From: Vibrio alginolyticus NBRC 15630 = ATCC 17749
GTDB lineage: Bacteria > Pseudomonadota > Gammaproteobacteria > Enterobacterales > Vibrionaceae
DNA: 32,000 nt
Direction of reading: 5' to 3'
Assembly (NCBI RefSeq): GCF_000354175.2
Contig: NC_022359.1
Coordinates: 1,080,001 to 1,112,000, forward strand
This document shows positions 25,888 through 32,000 of this stretch, piece by piece (within the stretch, counting starts at the first letter, position 1; the number at the start of each line of letters is the position of its first letter). The translations under genes were made by a program, and so were the position numbers. The notes beneath the pieces were generated by a model, which was given only the letters and a program-made list of their open reading frames with translations, was not told where the DNA came from and ran no database searches.

Positions 25888-26619
25888 ATGGCCAAACAAC
25901 CTCATATCGGAGTGGATGAAACACAAATCGCTCCCCTCGTTATTGTATGCGGCGAGCCAGATCGAGCGAATCGTATCGCGGTATTATTTGATGATGCAGA
26001 AATGGTGTCGGAAAACCGCGAGTACCGTGTGTTTACCGGCAACTACAAAGGCAAGCCTGTTTCAGTATGTAGTACAGGTATAGGTGCGCCATCGATGATC
26101 ATCGCAGTGGAAGAGCTAAAACAGTGCGGTGTGACTCATGTGGTACGCGTTGGATCGGCGGGGGCAATGCAATCAGGCATTCATCTTGGCGAGTTGATCA
26201 TTGCCGAAGGCGCGGTAAGAGATGAGGGCGGCTCTAAAGCGTATGTCGATTCGTCTTATCCAGCCTACGCAAGCTTTTCACTGTTAAAGGAAGTTGAGCG
26301 TTACTTGTCGATGCAAAAAGTGTATTATCATTTTGGTGTGGTGCGTTCTCACGACAGTTTCTATACCGATGACGAGGATGCAATATGCCAACATTGGAAC
26401 AAGAAAGGCATCTTAGGTGCCGATATGGAAACCTCTGCGCTGTTTACGGTCGGTCGACTACGAGGCCTTCATGTGGCTTCGATATTAAACAACGTGGTGC
26501 TGTATCAACAAGATGTGAAAGAAGGTGTTGGTCAGTACGTTGATGAGGCCAAAGTAATGATGCAAGGTGAGAAGAGTGCCGCGATTACGGCATTAGAAGC
26601 CTTGGTTGCTCAGCGTTAG
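25888..26619 (+). CDS. Nucleoside phosphorylase, PNP/UDP-1 family (uridine/purine nucleoside phosphorylase-like)
   Basis: 243 aa. It has GEPDRANRIA, CSTGIGAPSMIIAVEEL, VRVGSAGA and GADMETSALFTV, which are typical of the hexameric Udp/DeoD fold. It starts 11 nt after the pnuC stop. Confidence 0.8.
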   Translation: MAKQPHIGVDETQIAPLVIVCGEPDRANRIAVLFDDAEMVSENREYRVFTGNYKGKPVSVCSTGIGAPSMIIAVEELKQCGVTHVVRVGSAGAMQSGIHLGELIIAEGAVRDEGGSKAYVDSSYPAYASFSLLKEVERYLSMQKVYYHFGVVRSHDSFYTDDEDAICQHWNKKGILGADMETSALFTVGRLRGLHVASILNNVVLYQQDVKEGVGQYVDEAKVMMQGEKSAAITALEALVAQR

Positions 26620-26660
26620 CCAGTCTCTATCTCAGTAAGTCACATAAACAGAATAGATGT

Positions 26661-26687
26661 AAAGCGACAGGTCACTGTCGCTTTTTT
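26661..26687 (+). terminator. Rho-independent terminator of the pnuC-phosphorylase unit
   Basis: AAAGCGACAG-gtca-CTGTCGCTTT followed by TTTTATTT. Confidence 0.85.
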
Positions 26688-26753
26688 ATTTGGAGTTACG
26701 GGGTACAATCCACCTTAAATAGTTGTCCGTAACTTTTTCTGAGAGAGCAGAAA

Positions 26754-27434
26754 ATGAAAATCAGCCCTTATCCGACTGGTCGCTTCAAAACATACCTTGA
26801 AGAAAAGAGTGCCACCTTTCGCGATTTGATTTATCAATGCCAAATAAATTCGCGTTACTTTGATGCTGGGGAAGCAATTCTCCGCCAAGGTGAGCAACTT
26901 CAGTACTTGTATGTTGTGCCAGTAGGTCGAGTCTCGATGAACATATTGGCCGCAAATGGACGACGTTTTCAATTAGGGGAAGCTAACTGCGACTATCATA
27001 TTTATGGTGAAATGGAGTTCTTCACTCAGACTCCTTGTCAATGGAATGTGATAGCAGATGAACATATGCAGGTTGATGTTATCTGTATCCAAAAACTAAC
27101 CGAAGCACTGCAAAATCATCCCCAAATGATGGTGTTCTTCGCTTCAGCATTGGCTGAGGATTATCAAGACTCCATGGATATCTACACTAACCGTTTGTTG
27201 CATCCCATTACTTACAACATTGCCTATGATCTTCTCGTCCGTAATCAGACGGATAAGTTGCTTGGTGGTTTTGATAAAGTGAACCAAGAGGCTGAGCGGT
27301 TTGGTACCTCAGGCCGAGTCTATCGACGTGCAGTTAAGGACTTGATTGAAAAGGGATTGATTACAAAAACGGACAACGGTTTGGAGATTATTGATGAGCT
27401 GGCACTCAAAGCGTTTATTGAAGCGCATGAATGA
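26754..27434 (+). CDS. Crp/Fnr-family transcriptional regulator (cNMP-binding-like beta-barrel + C-terminal HTH)
   Basis: 226 aa. The effector-domain pattern is FDAGEAILRQGEQLQYLYVVPVGRVSMNILAANGRRFQLGE...IYGEMEF. The C-terminal HTH is ERFGTSGRVYRRAVKDLIEKGLI. Confidence 0.72.
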   Translation: MKISPYPTGRFKTYLEEKSATFRDLIYQCQINSRYFDAGEAILRQGEQLQYLYVVPVGRVSMNILAANGRRFQLGEANCDYHIYGEMEFFTQTPCQWNVIADEHMQVDVICIQKLTEALQNHPQMMVFFASALAEDYQDSMDIYTNRLLHPITYNIAYDLLVRNQTDKLLGGFDKVNQEAERFGTSGRVYRRAVKDLIEKGLITKTDNGLEIIDELALKAFIEAHE

Positions 27435-27527
27435 TACGCCCAGGTATTGGAACTGATGGGTTTTATAAGTCTTTGATATATCTAAGTCTTGAGTAAACGT
27501 AACTAATGTAAAGTACCTTAAATTTTG

Positions 27528-27587
27528 TTGAATGCATTAAAGAGTAGCGTTATATTGCGAACGCGTATGATAATAGATCTCATTAAG
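27528..27587 (+). promoter_or_regulatory. Candidate sigma-70 promoter with an overlapping Fur-box-like sequence upstream of the iron/siderophore ABC operon
   Basis: TTGAAT (27528-27533), a 17-nt spacer, then TATATT (27551-27556). GATAATAGATCTCATTAAG (27569-27587) matches 12/19 positions of the Fur consensus GATAATGATAATCATTATC in my hand alignment. Confidence 0.35.
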
Positions 27588-27597
27588 GCTTAACAAA

Positions 27598-28506
27598 ATG
27601 AAAAAATTCGTTGGTGCGGCTATGCTGTCGTTATTTACTGTTTCTCCTTCTTTCGCTGCTAAAGTTGTGATTGACCACTACATGGGTCAAACAGAGCTAG
27701 AACAATCCCCAGAGCGTGTGGTTGTGATTGGCTTTGGCCCGCTAGATGCGTTGGACAACTTTGGTATCGATCCTGTTGCAGTATCTAACTCTTCTAATCT
27801 TCCTAGTTACCTTTCAAAATACAGCAAAGATAACTACACCTCTGCGGGTAGTTTGTTTGAACCTGATTTTGAAACCATCTACATGCAAAAACCGGATTTG
27901 ATTTTGGTTGGTCCGCGAGCGTCTGCGAAATATGAAGAGCTGAGTGAAATTGCCCCTACAGTTGTTTTTGCGGCGAAAGAGAACCAAGGCTATTGGGAAG
28001 GCACGCAAGCGCAATGGCGCAATATTGGTAAGATCTTCAATATCGAAGAAAAAGTAGAGCAGAAAATTGAAGCGCTAGATGCTCAATTTAAAGCAATCCG
28101 TGACTACAACCAATCGAACAAAAATGATGCATTAACGATTTTGAGCATGGGTGACAACATCAGCGCGTTTGGTGCCCAGTCGCGATTTGGCGTCATTTAT
28201 AACGACTTTGGCTTCTTGGAAACGGTTGAGCACGTGAAAACGGGCACTCACGGAGATGTCATTTCTTATGAGTTTATTCGTGAAGCTAACCCGAAAAATA
28301 TTCTCGTGGTTGACCGAAATTCTCTGACAGGTACGCCGGATAACGATATTCGTAAATCCATGGATAACGACTTAGTCAAAGCGACTGCGGCATATAAAAA
28401 TCATAAAATCACTTATTTAGATGTGGACGCGTGGTACTTGTCGATGTCTGGTGTGACAGCAACAGAAAAAATGGTCAGTGAGATAAAGCAAACCGTTGAA
28501 CTGTAA
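27598..28506 (+). CDS. Periplasmic siderophore/iron-complex binding protein (cluster A-2 type SBP; VctP/YclQ/CeuE-like)
   Basis: 302 aa with a signal peptide (MKKFVGAAMLSLFTVSPSFA). The PBP pattern is PERVVVIGFGPLDAL...KPDLILVGPRAS. It is the first gene of an SBP-permease-permease-ATPase unit. Confidence 0.85.
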   Translation: MKKFVGAAMLSLFTVSPSFAAKVVIDHYMGQTELEQSPERVVVIGFGPLDALDNFGIDPVAVSNSSNLPSYLSKYSKDNYTSAGSLFEPDFETIYMQKPDLILVGPRASAKYEELSEIAPTVVFAAKENQGYWEGTQAQWRNIGKIFNIEEKVEQKIEALDAQFKAIRDYNQSNKNDALTILSMGDNISAFGAQSRFGVIYNDFGFLETVEHVKTGTHGDVISYEFIREANPKNILVVDRNSLTGTPDNDIRKSMDNDLVKATAAYKNHKITYLDVDAWYLSMSGVTATEKMVSEIKQTVEL

Positions 28507-28528
28507 TCCAAGATAGCAGAGGTTAACT

Positions 28529-29464
28529 TTGAAGAAGTTATTGCTAACCCTTGTGGTTTTAAGCACGGTTTCGTTATTTGTTGGGGTGGCAAACATGACG
28601 CCCCAACAACTCTTTTCAGGTGATGAGAAAGCATTAGAACTTTTCTTTACCAGCCGTATACCACGTTTATTTGCCATATTGCTTGCTGGTGCTGGCTTGA
28701 GTATTGCGGGTCTTGTCATGCAGCAAATCAGCCAGAACCGATTTGCGGCACCTTCTACAACTGGTACGATCGAATGTGCCATGCTGGGCTATGTACTGAG
28801 CGTGGTTTTCTTTGGTAATGATAATCACCTTTGGCTCGTGTTCGGCATCTCGGTATTTGGGACGCTAGCGTTTGTTTTCTTTATTCAGCGCATTCAATTT
28901 AAGAGCGTGGTTTTTGTGCCACTTGTCGGGATTATTTTCGGCAATGTCATCCAATCCATGACTACGTTTATCGCTTACAAATATGATGCACTTCAAAGTC
29001 TGAATGCTTGGACAGTCGCAAACTTCGCCAACATCTTGCGTGGTGATTTTGAACTGCTGTACATCGCGGTACCAATGGTTATCCTCAGCTATCTTTTTGC
29101 CGCAAGGATCTCTGCCGTAGGTATCGGAAAAGATTTCGCGATTAACTTGGGTTTGAATTATCAGCAGGTTGTGACGATTGGCGTGCTATTGGTGTCCATC
29201 ATGTCAGCAAGTGTCGTGATGATTGTTGGCCAGTTGCCATTCTTAGGGCTGATTGTACCGAATCTCGTGAGTCACTTTTATGGCGATAACCTCAAAAAGA
29301 ACATTCCGCTTACGGCCATGTATGGGGCCATTTTAGTGTTGTGTTGCGATTTGGTGAGTCGTTTAATTATTTTCCCTCATGAAATGCCAATCTCTATCGT
29401 GATTAGCATATTGGGTGGCGTGGTATTCATCGCAATGTTGTTGCGAGGTAAGCAACATGCGTGA
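28529..29464 (+). CDS. FecCD-family iron-siderophore ABC permease (VctD/YclN/CeuB-like)
   Basis: 311 aa polytopic protein. The TTG start has AGAGG 7 nt upstream. A typical FecCD N-terminal segment (RIPRLFAILLAGAGLSIAGLVMQ) and the C-terminal GGVVFIAMLLR are present. Confidence 0.88.
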   Translation: MKKLLLTLVVLSTVSLFVGVANMTPQQLFSGDEKALELFFTSRIPRLFAILLAGAGLSIAGLVMQQISQNRFAAPSTTGTIECAMLGYVLSVVFFGNDNHLWLVFGISVFGTLAFVFFIQRIQFKSVVFVPLVGIIFGNVIQSMTTFIAYKYDALQSLNAWTVANFANILRGDFELLYIAVPMVILSYLFAARISAVGIGKDFAINLGLNYQQVVTIGVLLVSIMSASVVMIVGQLPFLGLIVPNLVSHFYGDNLKKNIPLTAMYGAILVLCCDLVSRLIIFPHEMPISIVISILGGVVFIAMLLRGKQHA

Positions 29465-30407
29465 TTCAACGAAAATCCTGCTGCTAGGTGGCATTGCGAT
29501 TCTTTTCGCGTGTCTGTTTATTGGTATTGGGCTAACGGCTGACAACTACCAATATTTTTTGTCTCGTAGAGTTCCTAAAGTATTGGCGATAGTGCTAGCG
29601 GGTGTGGCCATTGCTCAGTCTTCACTTGTATTTCAAACCATTACGCACAACCGAATTTTAACGCCAAGTATCATGGGTTTTGATGCGCTGTATGTGTTAA
29701 CCCAAATTTTGATCGTGTTGATTTTTGGTGGGTTGAGTACCTTAGTTCTTAATTTGTACGTAAATTTCGCGATTGCAGTAATTGTAATGGTGTCGTTTTC
29801 GCTACTGCTGTTTGGGTTTTACTTTTCAAAAGGCAGCAAGAACTTGATTACGTTGCTATTGGTCGGCTTGATCTTTGGTCAGCTATTTTCCAATGCGGCG
29901 TCATTCTTTTCTTTGCTGATGGACCCAAACACATATGCAATTGTTCAGTCGAAACTGTACGCCAGTTTCAATAATGTCAAAGTGAACTTGGTTTATTTTA
30001 GTGCTCCGGCTTTGATGTTTGCATGTTGGTTGTTGTTTAGGATGCATCGCACTTTAGATGTGTTTTGGCTCGACCAAGACAATGCGAAAAGTTTGGGTGT
30101 TGATGTACCTAAAGTGACGAGAAATGTGTTTATTATCTCGGCGGTTTTGATTGCTATTTCTACGGCTTTGGTAGGGCCAATCATGTTCTTTGGTTTACTA
30201 GTGACCAACTTAAGCCGAGAAATGTTCCGAAGTTACCAACATAAAACGCTATTGGTCGGATGTTCGTTTCTATCCATCAGTTCATTACTTGCTGGGCAAT
30301 GGATAATCGAAAACGTGTTCAGTTTTGAGACGACGTTGAGTGTCGTAATTAACTTTATCGGCGGTGCGTATTTCTTATACCTGCTGCTGAAAAACAAAGT
30401 TGTATAA
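29457..30407 (+). CDS. FecCD-family iron-siderophore ABC permease (VctG/YclO/CeuC-like)
   Basis: ATG 29457 overlaps the upstream stop (ATGCGTGA) and gives MRDSTKILLLGGIAILFA.... The segment RVPKVLAIVLAGVAIAQSSLVFQTITHNRILTPSIMG is typical FecCD. The 29415 start in the ORF track is an extension into the previous gene. Confidence 0.88.
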   Translation: MRDSTKILLLGGIAILFACLFIGIGLTADNYQYFLSRRVPKVLAIVLAGVAIAQSSLVFQTITHNRILTPSIMGFDALYVLTQILIVLIFGGLSTLVLNLYVNFAIAVIVMVSFSLLLFGFYFSKGSKNLITLLLVGLIFGQLFSNAASFFSLLMDPNTYAIVQSKLYASFNNVKVNLVYFSAPALMFACWLLFRMHRTLDVFWLDQDNAKSLGVDVPKVTRNVFIISAVLIAISTALVGPIMFFGLLVTNLSREMFRSYQHKTLLVGCSFLSISSLLAGQWIIENVFSFETTLSVVINFIGGAYFLYLLLKNKVV

Positions 30408-30409
30408 AT

Positions 30410-31165
30410 ATGATAGTAATAGACAAATTAACGAAGGCTTTCGGTTCAAACAAAGTCGTAGACGAGGCCAATACTCAGTTTGAAAAGGGCAAGGTAACAT
30501 CGATTATCGGTCCAAATGGCGCGGGAAAGAGCACGCTGTTATCTATGGCCTCGCGCTTAACGGAGCGAGATGGCGGTAGTGTTATCATTGATTGCAAGGA
30601 AATCGCGGAATGGGACACAAAAGAGCTAGCGAAAAAACTGGCAGTACTTCGCCAAGCTAACTCGATTACAATGCGGTTTACCGTAAAAGAGTTAGTCTCT
30701 TTTGGTCGTTTCCCATACTCTAAAGGAAATCTGACTAAAGAAGATCATGAGGTCATAGAACAAGCGATCGACTACTTAGATTTGCAAGATATTCAAGACA
30801 AATACTTGGATGAATTAAGTGGTGGTCAGCGACAGCTTGCATTTATTGCTATGGTGATTGCACAAGATACAGATTATGTCTTTCTTGATGAACCTCTTAA
30901 TAACTTAGATATCAAACACTCTCTTCAGATCATGAAAGTTGTACAGCAGTTAGCCCATGACATGAATAAAGCCATGGTGGTCGTGATTCATGATATTAAT
31001 TTCGCGGCGTGTTACTCAGATGTCATATTGGCGCTTAAGAAAGGCAAGGTTGTGGCGAGTGGTGCGGTTGAAGAGGTTATTCAAGCGTCTACGCTAGAGG
31101 ACATCTATGAAACGCCATTTAACATCATAGAGTTAAACGGTAAGCGCATGTGTACCTATCATTAA
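30410..31165 (+). CDS. Iron-siderophore ABC transporter ATP-binding protein (VctC/FepC-like)
   Basis: 251 aa. Walker A is GPNGAGKST, the signature is LSGGQRQ, Walker B is VFLDEPLNNLD, and the H-loop is VIHDIN. It starts 2 nt after the permease stop. Confidence 0.92.
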   Translation: MIVIDKLTKAFGSNKVVDEANTQFEKGKVTSIIGPNGAGKSTLLSMASRLTERDGGSVIIDCKEIAEWDTKELAKKLAVLRQANSITMRFTVKELVSFGRFPYSKGNLTKEDHEVIEQAIDYLDLQDIQDKYLDELSGGQRQLAFIAMVIAQDTDYVFLDEPLNNLDIKHSLQIMKVVQQLAHDMNKAMVVVIHDINFAACYSDVILALKKGKVVASGAVEEVIQASTLEDIYETPFNIIELNGKRMCTYH

Positions 31166-31207
31166 GCGAGCTAGTTCGTTTTTAACGAGATCAATAGATA
31201 GGCGGGC

Positions 31208-31594
31208 TTACTTGGTGAGCTCGTCTATGATCGGGCATCGGCTCTCTGCATCTCCAGGACAAGAAGAAACCCAACCTTCAAGTTGTGTTTTGATCTCCAT
31301 GAGGTGTGCAATTTTTTCTTCAACCTCTCTCAGTTTGTCCATGGTTCTTGCTTTTACTTCGCTACTTTTGCGGTTGGGGTTATGAGCAAGTTGTACGAAC
31401 TCTTTGCATTCTTGCAATGAAAAGCCTGCGCTTTTTGCGCGTGATACCAAGTTAAGCTCTTGAATATGATTATCTGAATATTCGCGATAGTCAGAGTCGC
31501 TACGCGCTGGTGGAGATATGATCCCTTTGTCTTCATATAATCGAATCGACTTAGATGAAAGCCCTGTGAGCTTCGCGACAGCACCAATATTCAT
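31208..31594 (-). CDS. cueR: MerR-family Cu(I)-responsive transcriptional regulator
   Basis: 128 aa. The N-terminal HTH is MNIGAVAKLTGLSSKSIRLYEDKGIISPP. The C-terminal metal loop is CPGDAESRCPIIDEL, which matches E. coli CueR ACPGDDSADCPIIENL. The whole length aligns by eye to CueR. Confidence 0.85.
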   Translation of the reverse strand: MNIGAVAKLTGLSSKSIRLYEDKGIISPPARSDSDYREYSDNHIQELNLVSRAKSAGFSLQECKEFVQLAHNPNRKSSEVKARTMDKLREVEEKIAHLMEIKTQLEGWVSSCPGDAESRCPIIDELTK

Positions 31595-31681
31595 GTTTAA
31601 CCTCCATAACGTTTAAGGCGAGTATATACCGATGTTGTGGATAAGACACTCCTAAATAACAGTCAGTTACCTAGAGTCCCC

Positions 31682-32000
31682 TTACTCTTTAATCACTTCA
31701 TGTGGTGGCACACCAAATGCCTTTTTGAAGGCATAAGTGAAGTTAGAAGGGTGGTGGTATCCGGCTTCATAGGCGGCTTCTGTTATCGTCACTAGGCCAC
31801 GTTCCAAATGTTGCCTAGCAATCTCAAGACGTCGAAAACGAATGTAGCCGTTTATGGTCATATTAAGTGATTGTTTAAATCGGCGCTGCAGGTTTGAAAC
31901 ACTCATTGAGAATTGGCTCGCCAACTTTTCCAAGCGTAGTTCTTGATCAAGGTGAGTTTCAATATAGCTGACAATATCCTCAATCCGACCATCAATGTGT
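31682..32000 (-). CDS. AraC/XylS-family transcriptional regulator, C-terminal HTH domain; the N-terminus lies beyond the window edge
   Basis: The reverse frame stays open to the window end. Translation reads ..IEDIVSYIETHLDQELRLEKLASQFSMSVSNLQRRFKQSLNMTINGYIRFRRLEIARQHLERGLVTITEAAYEAGYHHPSNFTYAFKKAFGVPPHEV, the canonical double-HTH AraC signature. Confidence 0.8.
   Translation of the reverse strand, partial: HIDGRIEDIVSYIETHLDQELRLEKLASQFSMSVSNLQRRFKQSLNMTINGYIRFRRLEIARQHLERGLVTITEAAYEAGYHHPSNFTYAFKKAFGVPPHEVIKE

Noticed and set aside
26695-26733. An inverted repeat, GTTACGG-N25-CCGTAAC, overlapping a TACAAT -10-like hexamer upstream of the Crp/Fnr-type regulator. I considered it as an autoregulatory operator.
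   Set aside because: The 25-nt spacer does not fit Crp/Fnr-family sites, which are 5-N4/6-5 palindromes. Seven-bp arms at this distance could arise by chance or form a 5'-UTR structure. The support is insufficient.

Overview
The window reads as gamma-proteobacterial chromosome. Gene content and order are most consistent with a Vibrionaceae genome, but that is inference and was not searched. It is gene-dense.

Left to right, the supported genes are:
- an NfeD/SPFH membrane-protease pair (-)
- a di-haem cytochrome c peroxidase-family gene translationally coupled to a hybrid histidine kinase, followed by an OsmC-type peroxidase (+)
- gdhA (-)
- an uncharacterised protein plus a fatty-acid hydroxylase/sterol desaturase-family membrane enzyme (+)
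- a tRNA-Gly(UCC) (-)
- a roughly 5 kb stretch of small secreted or membrane proteins (DUF4136-like lipoprotein, DedA, an L,D-transpeptidase, two divergent paralogous secreted proteins)
- an 860-bp AT-rich non-coding tract with a (GTTTG)5 microsatellite in front of an orphan gene
- a GGDEF-EAL signalling protein (-)
- a complete rbsDACBKR ribose operon with two perfect palindromic operators
- pnuC plus a nucleoside phosphorylase
- a Crp/Fnr-type regulator followed by a four-gene FecCD-type siderophore/iron ABC importer (binding protein, permease, permease, ATPase; VctPDGC-like order)
- cueR and the C-terminal part of an AraC-family regulator (-)

I saw no CRISPR array, transposase, integrase, phage gene or rRNA.

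The best candidate for an undescribed system is the CCP-like haem protein, hybrid kinase and OsmC cluster (2441-6329). I read it as a possible periplasmic haem-based peroxide/redox sensing phosphorelay. Secondary curiosities are the inverted pair of His-N-terminal secreted paralogues flanking dedA, and the AT-rich tract, microsatellite and immunity-like orphan gene at 14.1-15.6 kb.

All functional calls come from motif recognition by eye. No database search was run.
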